A stretch of 64,000 nt of DNA. Origin: Guillardia theta CCMP2712 (taxonomy: Eukaryota > Protista > Cryptophyta). A program made the position numbers and the translations under genes. The stretch lies in the NCBI RefSeq assembly GCF_000315625.1, contig NW_005434608.1:1-64000 (forward strand), given 5' to 3'. Of this stretch, positions 1 through 9,936 are shown piece by piece (position 1 is the stretch's first letter; every line of letters starts with the position of its first letter). The notes below the pieces were generated by a model. It did no database searches. It was not told the DNA's origin and saw nothing but the letters and a program-made list of their open reading frames with translations.

Positions 1-92
1 AAGGGATCCTGCCTCAGATAAAGGGATCCTCGCCTCAGATAAAGGGATCCTACCCTCAGATAAAGGGATCCTTCCTCAGATAAAGGGATCCT
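1..92 (-). repeat. 20-bp tandem array (GCCTCAGATAAAGGGATCCT)n; probable 5' end of a distal telomeric element
   Basis: About 4.5 slightly variant copies, ending GGATCCT|CTAAACCC. This junction is identical to the one at 5512/5513. Confidence 0.9.
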
Positions 93-108
93 CTAAACCC
101 TAAACCCT
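93..108. repeat. Short internal telomeric tract (CCCTAAA)2
   Basis: ctaaaccctaaaccct lies between the 20-mer array and element 1. Confidence 0.9.
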
Positions 109-215
109 GAGATCATAGTCTAAAGAGGCGCTCGAGCACTGGGAGTACACGGCCTACAATGCGAACCCTGCTTCTGAGGCGTCTTTCTACTCTCTACTTC
201 TGCTGTCTTCTCTTG

Positions 216-430
216 GCTTCCTCAGCCTCAGTCAGGAGAGTTGCCTCTCCTCACCTTGGCCTTCGGTCACCACCTACTCTACCTCCATTCAGCTTCCTCA
301 GCCTCAGTCAGGAGAGTTGCCTCTCCTCACCTTGGCCTTCGGTCGCCACCTACTCGTCCTCCCTTCAGCTTCCTCAGCTTCAGTCAGGAGAGTTGCCTCT
401 CCTCACCTTGGCCTTCGGTCGCCTCCTACC
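216..430. repeat. 76-bp tandem repeat, about 2.8 copies, in the 3' region of element 1
   Basis: Units start at 216, 292 and 368. Each contains the hairpin AGGAGAG-TTGC-CTCTCCT. Confidence 0.9.
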
Positions 431-454
431 TTCTCTCCTTACCTTGGGCTCAGC

Positions 455-2629
455 TCAAGCTCGGTACGGGCTCGCCCCGTCTTCTTCCTCGCCCTCGCCT
501 TGCTCTTCCTCCATGTCTTCCTCTTCTTCGTCATCTTCCCTCATCTCCACTCGCAGTCGGTCCTTCTTGTCCACCTTCAGCGAGCAGGCCAGCACATGCA
601 TCTCTGCGAATTTACTCAGTGCTATGAACAGGAAGCTAAGAGATCGACGCTCTATGTCGTCGCTCTCCGCCTCCTGCTCAAGCTCAGCAGCTGCCGTTGC
701 CCGTGGCGAGAACGCGCTGCCCCTCCTTGCCTTCTTGCTCTCTCCTTGCACGCGAGTCCAGCGCTTGCTCTGCAGCCACTTCCCCAGCTTCTCCTTGAGC
801 GCGTTGCGTCCCACTCCCTGCTCCTCTGGCATCTTCGCCCACTCTCCCAGCGCCATGAACTCCAGGCTCCCCGGAGAGTAGAACGTGTCGTGGAGGTTGC
901 CAACGGCCTTGTCCAGGACCAGCTTGATCGGCTCGCTCGTCCCTGCCTCGTTCAAAGAAGCTGCATCTTCGATGACTGCTGACAGCTCGCTGACGAGCTG
1001 CATGTCCTCTTGGCTTGACGGAGATGCTGCCTCCATTGTGATCCTCTCCAGGTCTGTAAACTCCAGCCACTCTCCCTCGCTCTCCTCCTGTCGCTGCGCT
1101 GCGTCGCTGGTGCCCCGCTGACCAGCCGCCTCAGAGTCAGGCTCCTTGTCGAAGCCGACTGCTTCGAGCTTGGTTGCTGCGCCTTCGAGATAGAAGGGCA
1201 GCTCCTTCATCATGCGTCGAGCATCCTCCGTGGAGCCGAGGAGGATGCATAGCTTGGACCCGTTCCAGGACTTGGTGTTCAAATCCTCCTCCATGTCGAT
1301 GCCTTCAACGTTGATCTCGAGCCTGTTAGCGATCTCCAACAAGACTCTCTTGACTCTTGCGATAGACGTGTTGCCGCCGTTGCACAGCCCCTCCATCTCC
1401 TTCCTCGTGAAGCGACCAGATGCCGCCGTCGACTTGATGATGATCTTGATCTCCTTGCCGTCCTTGCCGCCTGCCTTCTTCTGCATCCTTGATGCCTTCT
1501 TCAACTTATTTCTGGACACAAAGCGATCAGCTGTCAACTCGACTGCGAGCGCCTCTCTGATCTTCGGGTCCTCGCTGAACAGAGTCAGGTGTACTCCCTC
1601 CATCGCTTCGCTCTCTCGGAAAGCTCGAAATGCTGTATCATTCGCCTCTGGGCAGCTCGAGGAGACGATCCACTCCACCTCCCTCTGTCTCCAGATGACG
1701 TTGGCCCCTACAGCGACGAAGCCTTTCTGACCTAAGCCTTTGTGGACTTGCTGTCCTGGCGCCCCAGCGACCAGCATGCCTGCCAGCGGCTGGAGTTGGA
1801 CCGCTGCAAGGGACTGGCGCAGCAGCTGATAGCGATAGACGGCAGCTATCTCAGCCGTTGTCATGCCGCCCAAGGTTAACAGGTGGGTCAGCTCTGCCAA
1901 GCTGCCCCCTTTGCCCCAGGGTCCTCTCTTGGCTCGAATCTTGAAAGATCGATCGTGCACGATGCTCACATGTACAGCTGTGAACTTGCGACCATCGATC
2001 GCGAAGTCCTCTCTTCCCTGCCAGAGCTTCTCCGCTTGTGCATTTCGGAGGAAGGAAACAGTCACCGGGATCTCCTCAGCACTCGCTATCTCGGGTCTAT
2101 ACGGAGCCTTCCACATGATTGCTTTACTCTCTTGCACTGAGTCTACGATCAGTCCGATCTCTTCGAATTTCTTCTTTAGCTTTTCTTCATGGTTGACATA
2201 CACCGAGGAGATGCCCAGGAGAGTCATGGAGATGAAGGAAGTTACCTCGTTGCCTGCTGAGGCGGTGTATGTCTCGACCTTCTCCTTCTTGGCTTCCTCA
2301 ATCTGCTGCATAAACCACTCTCTGGATGCGTCACTCCATCCAGTCATCGCTTCTTGCAGAAGCTCACGTCGTGCCTGCTGACATGTCGAGCGGATGGCTT
2401 CTGCGATAGCGTCGGGGGTGCATCCCTCCACAGCCTTGCAAGCCTGGGCTGTCCTGCTGTTCGGATAACGCTTCGCGAAGCTCTTCACCCTCTCGACGAG
2501 ATCAGCTTCGAGGACAGAGGCATCCACAAGTCCGCTCTGCGTGTATTGGCATGATCTCCGATACAGCAGTTTGCGAACATTTTCATCATACTGAAGAACC
2601 ATACTTAGAAAGCTATTTGAAGTATACAA
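455..2629 (-). CDS. ORF1/gag-like protein of element 1 (RRM-like modules, acidic C-terminus), 5'-truncated
   Basis: 724-aa intronless ORF. It shares blocks such as RAKRGPWGKGGSLAEL, FRESEAMEGVHLTL and RKEME..C.GGNTSI.RVKR with ORF 3485-5281. No RT or endonuclease motif was seen. Confidence 0.65.
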   Translation of the reverse strand: MYTSNSFLSMVLQYDENVRKLLYRRSCQYTQSGLVDASVLEADLVERVKSFAKRYPNSRTAQACKAVEGCTPDAIAEAIRSTCQQARRELLQEAMTGWSDASREWFMQQIEEAKKEKVETYTASAGNEVTSFISMTLLGISSVYVNHEEKLKKKFEEIGLIVDSVQESKAIMWKAPYRPEIASAEEIPVTVSFLRNAQAEKLWQGREDFAIDGRKFTAVHVSIVHDRSFKIRAKRGPWGKGGSLAELTHLLTLGGMTTAEIAAVYRYQLLRQSLAAVQLQPLAGMLVAGAPGQQVHKGLGQKGFVAVGANVIWRQREVEWIVSSSCPEANDTAFRAFRESEAMEGVHLTLFSEDPKIREALAVELTADRFVSRNKLKKASRMQKKAGGKDGKEIKIIIKSTAASGRFTRKEMEGLCNGGNTSIARVKRVLLEIANRLEINVEGIDMEEDLNTKSWNGSKLCILLGSTEDARRMMKELPFYLEGAATKLEAVGFDKEPDSEAAGQRGTSDAAQRQEESEGEWLEFTDLERITMEAASPSSQEDMQLVSELSAVIEDAASLNEAGTSEPIKLVLDKAVGNLHDTFYSPGSLEFMALGEWAKMPEEQGVGRNALKEKLGKWLQSKRWTRVQGESKKARRGSAFSPRATAAAELEQEAESDDIERRSLSFLFIALSKFAEMHVLACSLKVDKKDRLRVEMREDDEEEEDMEEEQGEGEEEDGASPYRA

Positions 2630-2713
2630 ACCTCTCGCTTGCAGCTTCCTTGGCGCCCTGGCAGCTTCCCCTACACCACGCGTGCAGCCATGGTGCCTGA
2701 ATAACCGGCGCTG

Positions 2714-2773
2714 CCTAAACCCTAAACCCTAAACCCTAAACCCTAAACCCTAAACCCTAAACCCTAAACCCTA
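2714..2773. repeat. Internal telomeric tract (CCCTAAA) about 8 copies
   Basis: Perfect CCCTAAA repeats between elements 1 and 2. Confidence 0.97.
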
Positions 2774-3326
2774 GTAGTAGTAGTAGTTGAGTTTATTAGA
2801 ATGCTAGGTAGTTTGCATGGTTTGTTATCACCTTGCACTATTCTAGTCTAACAGGGATCTCGTGACCTGGCAGTTCGGCCCGACTTGGCTGGCCCTTATG
2901 GCAGCCGTGCTTCTGCTCTGCTCCCTCCTCTGCTATACTTCAGTGGTCTTCCCCGGCCTCAGCCAGTGGAGTTTCCTCCGCCGGCCTTGGTCTGGGTCGT
3001 CCGTGCTTTCAACTTGTGTTGCTTCCTCGGCTCCGACACCCCTTGACGGTCTCGGCCGGCCTTCGGCCAGTGAGTGGATGAAGGATGGGTTGGTAGGTGG
3101 AATGCGTATGGGTCCCTGGGACTCACGTCCCTTCCCCGGGGCCTCGGTCCGGACCGGGCCCGAGAGCCCGGCCGGCCTCCGCCCGGCCTCCTCCTCCCGG
3201 CCCCCCTCCCCCTCTCCCACCGGCTTACCTGCCCTTACCTTCGTTGCTTGCCCCATGTCCACCTCATTTATTTCTTCCTCCTTCCCCCCATGGGGCCAAC
3301 AGCTCCGCTCCGCCTCTTGTCCACCT

Positions 3327-5281
3327 CTAAGACTTGACTCGAGCCTCAAGCGCGCGAGGGGCCTGCACCGGCCTCCTCCTCCTCGCCCTCGCCCTCCTCA
3401 GCCTCCATGTCGACTTCCTCCCTCATCATCAGCCGCAGTCGGTCTTGCTTGTCGACCTTGCCCGTGCAGCTCAACCCATGGTTCTCAGCAAATAAGAAAC
3501 AAGAGGCTTACAGATCGACTCTCGATGTCATCGCTCTCGGCCTCCTGCTCGAGCGCATCAGTCGCTGCTGCCCTTGGAGAGAAGGCGCTGCCCCTCCTCG
3601 CTGCCTTGTTCCCTTGCACCCGAGTCCAGCGCTGCTCGCCGAGGTACGCTCTGAGCTTTTCTTTCAACATGTTTCGCTTCGATCCCAGCGTCGGCGTGGC
3701 TGCCCAAGCTCCGAGCGTCATGAACTCCACGTTGCCCGGCGAGCAGAAGGTGTCATGCAGCTTGCCAACACTCTTGTCTAGCTCCAGAGAGATCGGCTTG
3801 CCAGCTAGCAGCTCCTCCTCTGATGTCTCCAAGAGCATCGTCGAGAGGTCGACCAAGACCTGTTGATCGACTGGCCCTGACGGCGACGCTGCTTCCATGG
3901 TGATCCTGTCGATGTCGCTGAGCTCCAGCCATCCAGCGCCTTGCTGCTGCCCTTGGGGCTCTTGGGCTTGCTCCTCGCTGCTCGGGCTCCTCTCCTCCTC
4001 ATGCTGAGGCCCGTTGAGCTTGAACCCCACCGCTTCGAGCTTGACTTCCAGGATCCCTTCCAAGTAAAAGGGCATGTCGTCCATCAGGCGTCGAGCGTCT
4101 GCCTTGGTCGCCAGGGAGAGAGCTATCGAGCTTCCGTCCCAGCTGAGCGTGTCACGATCCTCCTCGACCTCGACGCTGACCGGCGTCACGCCTATCCTTC
4201 TTGCTAACTCCAACATGGCTCGCTTGACTCTCGTGATCGATGTGTTACCTCCTCCGCACAGCGCTTCCATCTCCTTCCTCGAGAAGCGGCCTGTGCTCAT
4301 GCTTGACCTCGACTTGATCTGCACTCTGAAGCTGCTGCGCCCCGCATGATCTCTCTCGCGAAGTGCCCTCCTCTGCTTGGCGATCTTTCCCCTAGGAACG
4401 AAGGTGTCGGCTGTGAGCTCGACTGCAAACGTCTCTCTGAGCTTGGCGTCGTCGCTGATGAGAGTGAGATGCACCCCCTCCATCGCCTCGCTCTCTCTGA
4501 ACGAGGCCAAGGTCTGCTCGCAACTTGCCGTCGAAGGCGAGCTGAGCACCCACTCCAGCTCTTTTTGCTGGAGAGTTCCCGTACTTGCCCCAACAGCGAC
4601 ATACGTCTTCGGGCTCGGCCCCTTGCGACCTCTCTGCCCAGCACCCTGCACGAGCATGCCTGCAAGCGGTTGTACCTCTGCGGCTGCAAGAGATTGCGCA
4701 GATTTTTTCAATCTCATTTCGGGAGAACTTCCCTGACGGCACAGGAGAGGAGCTAGGAGCTGTGATAGCTCGGCAAGGCTCCCTCCCTTGCCCCAAGGTC
4801 CTCGCTTGGCTCGAAGCTTGAAGGACCGGTGCAGCGCCGTTGCTTCCATCTGCACTGAGAACCATTTCAGTATTTTGTCATTCTCTGAGACCAGTCCCAA
4901 AGTGACTCCTGCACGATCCTTTCCATGTCGATCGAATGCTTGAAGAACGATGTCCGCTGCTTCAAGGCTCGAGCACGTTGCGATCCAGTCGACCTCTCTG
5001 TTCTGGTTGACTGTTTCTATTCCTACCGCAGCGAACACCTTCTTTGGCGGTAGGTTCCTCTTGGGGGGGAGGTTCACTGTCATTCCCGCGTTTGGGATCA
5101 GATCAATGATCGCTAATCCCTGCTTCAGGCATAGCTGCCTGTAGATCTCACATATGTCACCTGTGCTCGAATCGTTGAGCCTCAGGAGTTGGGCCACCTC
5201 AGCTAGGATTCCAACTCTGCCCATGTTCTCCTTCTTTGGCCGCATCTTGAACGAGATCGGTGGGTTGGCTGCTGGGTTCAC
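3327..5281 (-). pseudogene. ORF1/gag-like protein of element 2, frameshifted near the C-terminus
   Basis: 598-aa ORF (3485-5281) homologous to the element 1 ORF. Homology resumes in another frame (FAENHGLSCTGKVDKQDRLR vs FAEMHVLACSLKVDKKDRLR), implying an 11-nt deletion near 3493. Confidence 0.65.
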
Positions 5282-5409
5282 TGCTAGAATTTATGGGGAG
5301 GTTTGAACCNNNNNNNNNNNNNNNNNNNNNNNNNNNNNNNNNNNNNNNNNNNNNNNNNNNNNNNNNNNNNNNNNNNNNNNNNNNNNNNNNNNNNNNNNNN
5401 NNNNNNNNN

Positions 5410-5512
5410 CCTGCCTCAGATAAAGGGATCCTGCCTCAGATAAAGGGATCCTGCCTCAGATAAAGGGATCCTGCCTCAGATAAAGGGATCCTGCCTCAGA
5501 TAAAGGGATCCT
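5410..5512 (-). repeat. 20-bp tandem array (at least 5 perfect copies)
   Basis: CCTGCCTCAGATAAAGGGAT repeated five times and running into the gap. Confidence 0.95.
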
Positions 5513-5574
5513 CTAAACCCTAAACCCTAAACCCTAAACCCTACACCCTAAACCGTAAATCCTAAACCCTAAAC
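5513..5574. repeat. Proximal telomeric tract with degenerate units
   Basis: CCCTAAA repeats with variants CCCTACA, CCGTAAA and TCCTAAA toward the inner edge, as expected for the oldest telomere portion. Confidence 0.95.
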
Positions 5575-7726
5575 ACTACTTTTTTTAAATTTTACCAAAA
5601 AAGAGAATCCTAAGCTTTTTTTGGAAGCGCCCTACATCTTGGGATACTCAATTTCTCAAATCGCTAGATCTGAGCGATCCGACCGTAGTCGGATGGTCGG
5701 CCGTGGCAAGGCTTCCGGCGTCCGGGCCCATGGCGGCCCATGGTCCTCCGACCACTTGGCTCGAAGCTTGCCAAGAAGGACCGGTCATGTGCAATGTTGA
5801 CCGTACTTCAGATGCCCGGCAGTCCGTTCTGCTACTCTCGGTTTGGCGGTTTCAGTCCAGTGCCAGGTGCCACGGTGAAGATCGGACTCTCGGATCAGGC
5901 CTGAGCTGCCCGGGCCGGGCCGCTGTCCGGCCGCACTTCAAGGCTTTCAAACCCGGAGCTACCCTATAACGTTTTTAAACTTCTCACTTCTCATGGTACC
6001 CCACCATTCGCCGCAGCTAAAAACATAATATACTGCATCCCTACCATGGGATTGAACATGAAATACACCCCCACCTTCCTATCTGAATGAACCGAATGAA
6101 CTACCTACCCCTTGCCCTACCACCGCACGCGCTAGTTTGAGATTCTGACCACCCGATTATTTCATCCCAACATCCCCAAAGACCCCTTCAAAAGCCATAT
6201 TTCAGACCGGTAGTATACTCTGTCCCCTAACAACGCAGTGGGATTCACAACTTTGTCCCCGACTACCCGTTCTTCAAAGACCCCAGTCCGGATATCTTGG
6301 GGGTGTTACCGCTGGTAGGGTCGGTGATTCTGGAGATGGAGAATGGAGAAACTGGCTGAGGGTGGGTATCTCTTTCAAAAAGTGGCTAGAACGAGGGAAA
6401 GGGGGGTAGAGATAGGCCGGAGGAGAGGTGGTTTGTCCTAAGGGGGTAGGGTGGTGGTAGGGTAGTATGCCATAGGGATGATCGCCTTGCACATTGCCGC
6501 TTTGCTCTCCTCTTCTCCTGTCCTGACTGCTGCTGTCTCGTCCTCAATCTTCACAAACTTCCTCTCGCTTCCCCCCTCATCCCCATCGTCCGTCCCCCTC
6601 CCGCTCTCCCCACTGCTCATTCACTCAAGCTCAACTGCCTCTCCTGCTTTTTCTTGCCCCTACTCCTTTTGCAGTTTCTTGAACGCTCTCCTGCACCACC
6701 TGCTTCTCCATCCAGTTCTGATTCTCAAAAACCTCAGAATATTGCATGATTGCATTGTTCTGCATTGTTCTGCTCCTGCTCCTCGTCCTCCACGTTCCTC
6801 ATGCTAGTCTTGCTCTTTATGGCGACAGCTGTCAGTAATCCATTCAATATGATGCACCTCTCCTGCTTCTGATTCTGTCCACCCTCAAATCTCTGGTGTT
6901 GTATCTTTTATAGTCCCCTGCGTTCTCTTGACCGCCCCCCCCGCATACCCCAAACCCTTCTTGCTTCTGCTCCTTCTTGTCTCATTATCATTTTGCCCTC
7001 ATTGCCTCGGCCGGCTTCCGCCTTGTGTTCTTGCTCATCCATATGTGCACGATCACCTATTACCCATGTCATGCTCAGGAACAAACACTTCTTCCTTCTT
7101 TAGCTTTCAAGTATCTCCACCCTCTTCGAGGGCTCGGGCTGAGTTGCCCACAGACGATCCTCATATGATATTCTCACCAACATTCTCGTCAAAACATGCT
7201 GATCACTCTGCTCGAAGTCCCAACAGAATCTTCCTCCATGACCTATCATATTGACCAGCTGATGGTACTGTGCAGATCTCACTCTATCTTATATGTCCTC
7301 TTCAAACAATCCAATGTCATGTCATTTCTTTGATTGAATGCCTCTTTAGATTCAAACTTTTTCTGTTCCTGTTTGCACTGGTTTAAGGCAGCTTGTTATG
7401 AATAGCATTCACCAGTGTTCTTGTACTTCTATCATTGCTGTTGATTATTCCACATGATTTGCAAGGCCCTGGGAATCCTGCTCCCTGCCGTTCCCTTAGT
7501 TCTTTTGGACTATACACTAACAAAAGGATTACAGCACCCGGCAGATAGCCTTCTGTATCCTGTTCTTGAGCGCCAACTTCAGCAGACCTGAGGTACATGC
7601 ATGCTTGTGTGCTGTGTCCGAGTGCCAAAATGATTGCTGAATACCAGGTTTCTGGCTAGAAGTGAATGGTTCAGCGGATCTTTGCTATCTAAACTTCGCT
7701 GTTGATATTCTTGTACTTGTCTTGCG

Positions 7727-9936
7727 ATGATTGACAATTATCATGGGAATTCCATGGATCAATCAGTAGAATGGGGAAATCAACTGCCGAATGAAAAAAG
7801 AAGCCTTGATGGTACTGATCAGGGAGCGGATGACCTCATTGCTGCTGTGAAAAAGGCAAAGCTTGAGTATGATCAGAATTGGGGAAAAGACAAAATCGTT
7901 AAAAAGATTGAAGATTCAGCAGCATATTCTTGTGATCAGCAGGATGTTGGTTTTCGACCAATCGAAACAAAAGAACCGACTTACACAGGGGTCCGATGGA
8001 GCGGAAAGAAGGGTAAATGGCGGGTAAGAATCAAAGCAAATGGCAAGGTAATTCAGATGATGATTTTGAGAACATCGTGAACAATGTGTTTCAGGACAAC
8101 CATGTTGGCTTCTTTCAGGATGCTAAGAGTGCAGCACTGGCATATGATCGAGCTGTCAAACGTTTTTTTCCGAATTGGGAAACTGATCGATCGATCAAAC
8201 TTAATTTCCCGCCAGACGACAAAGACAAGCAATCTTCTCATCCCAAGAACGAAGACAAGACTCTCTCCGGAATTAGTGCACTGTTGGCAACGGATGCAAG
8301 GATTTCGCTGTCACCAATCAAGTCTCTCAGCCCACATGGTTTTTCAAGGAACTCTTCTCAGCAAATAGAGATTCTTTCTGCTTCTGGCATGATGGCCCCA
8401 GCTAGCACAATGAGTGGTCAACTGCCTAAAGAGCAGAAATCTGGAACCTTGCTTGCCCCGCTGCAAATGAATTTAGATAAAGACAGAGTTAGTGACAAAT
8501 CGTCTTTGGCTCACCTCCTCGATGATAAGACGGTTAATCTTCTAAATGTATGTTCAAACTATTTACCATCCGTACAGGCCCTGGCGAGGACGCCCAGTCC
8601 GGCTGGTACGACAACTCCCTCGAACGCTGGCGGCGGCAACGTATCGAATATCTCGACTCCAGCTACTTTACCATCTCCTTCAACTCTTTGGTCACCCGTT
8701 CATGGTGGACATGCCTCCAACCGTAGCAATGTTGATACTCCTCCGGGTATTTCAGGCCCCCCTCGTCTTTGTGCGGTAAGAACATTCCTCTGTATGTTTG
8801 ATTCGAATCATGGCTTCTACAGAATGCGAGTATTGCTGGCGCGGTTGCGCCAGCAGTGTGGACGCCTGGTCCCCAAGCTCTGTCAAATCAGGATCGATAT
8901 CCAGTCCAGCCTGGTGGTTTAAATATCGAACAAGAGGCACTAAAGGTACGTTCCTTGAAGGAGGAGTCTGGCTTCACATTGTTTTCTGAATTCGAATCAA
9001 CTTTTTGTTTTCAGGGTCTAGTTGAACTTGGCAAGAACCATCATGTTGACTACGCGATGGCTCATCACAAGAAGACTGTTCAAACCATTTCTACATCAAA
9101 CATTCGAACGAAAGACCATCTTGCGACCAAGTCTGAAAATGCGGGACCAAGTAATGACTCAAATGAAACTTTGAGTCACAACTTTTATCCAAGAAACACG
9201 TGGAGTTCTGTTGCTATAGGGAATTCCTTGACTGCTCAAACGTCATCGAACCGAAATAGGTGCCATCCGGTCGACCAGTTCTAATTCATGCTTACATATG
9301 TCGTAGGCCATTCGGAGATCCAGATCCCTCTGGGCGCAGAAGTCAAAATTTTCGTGGAGTAACGTGGGACAAAGCAAAGCAGGTATGCAGAAAACATTTA
9401 CACGACAATGTGCTCACTGGAAGGAAAGATGTGGAGAGTTCGTCTTTGCTTGGCTGGCGGAGGACGGGAGCACATTGGGTACTTCTCAGATGAGCGCGAA
9501 GGAGCACTAGCATACGCAGAAGCGCTTCAGAGATTGAAGAATGAGCTTCCATTGTCTACAAAGCAGGATAGCAAAGGAGTTCTTGATAGGTCTACTACAT
9601 TCCCATTATCTGCCGCCTCGAGCATTACATCCCCTCATCAGGCAAGTCTTTCTGCTTGACTTGGACTGTTGGTAATCGGTTACTTTTGCAGCACACCGGA
9701 GCTTTCAGTCAGGTTGGCAGCGATCTGACAGTAAGTCTTATGCAACATGACAGTTGAAGACTGATACTATAAGCAGAGAACGTTCAGCCTTGCACAAACG
9801 GTTGGGCCTGGTAGATTGAATGCTGTAACCAACTGGCAACGTATGGGCATCACGGGTTAGTTCCTTCTAGTATTCCTTGGCGGAGCCTCTGACGTTCTTT
9901 CTCATATACACAGAGAACAGCACTCCTCCAAAGTAG
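7727..9936 (+). CDS. AP2/ERF-domain transcription factor with two AP2 domains (multi-exon)
   Basis: Domain 1: YTGVRWSGKKGKWRVRIKANGK|DNHVGFFQDAKSAALAYDRA...LNFP (intron 8048-8094). Domain 2: FRGVTWDKAKQ|MWRVRL...HIGYFSDEREGALAY. The 3' end is approximate. Confidence 0.85.

Larger units (their letters stand above)
109..2713 (-). mobile_element. Telomere-inserted element 1 (putative non-autonomous non-LTR retroelement, truncated at both ends)
   Basis: Flanked on both sides by telomeric repeats. The intronless ORF is homologous to that of element 2, and its frame stays open up to the telomeric junction at 2714. Confidence 0.7.
2772..5512 (-). mobile_element. Telomere-inserted element 2 with AATAAA plus (CTA)5 3' tail and 5' 20-bp array (spans an assembly gap)
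   Basis: The minus strand ends AATAAA(2792-2797)ctcaa(CTA)5 directly into GGGTTTAGGG. The 20-mer array at 5410-5512 abuts the proximal telomere tract. Continuity across the gap at 5310-5409 is assumed. Confidence 0.7.

Noticed and set aside
3457-3511. Apparent 55-nt GT-AG intron in the element 2 ORF that would restore the frame
   Set aside because: The segment aligns at protein level with coding sequence of element 1 on both sides of an 11-nt deletion, so a frameshift is the simpler explanation.
159-5144. Numerous plus-strand ORFs over the telomeric elements
   Set aside because: They are antisense shadows of the GC-rich minus-strand ORFs.
1-5512. Penelope/Athena-type element with hammerhead ribozymes
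   Set aside because: No CTGANGA...GAAA core with proper stems was found, no RT was seen, and the orientation is opposite to G-overhang-primed elements.
6480-7630. Possible decayed minus-strand gene or transposase
   Set aside because: It has coding-like purine bias but frequent stops and no recognisable motif, so no call can be supported.
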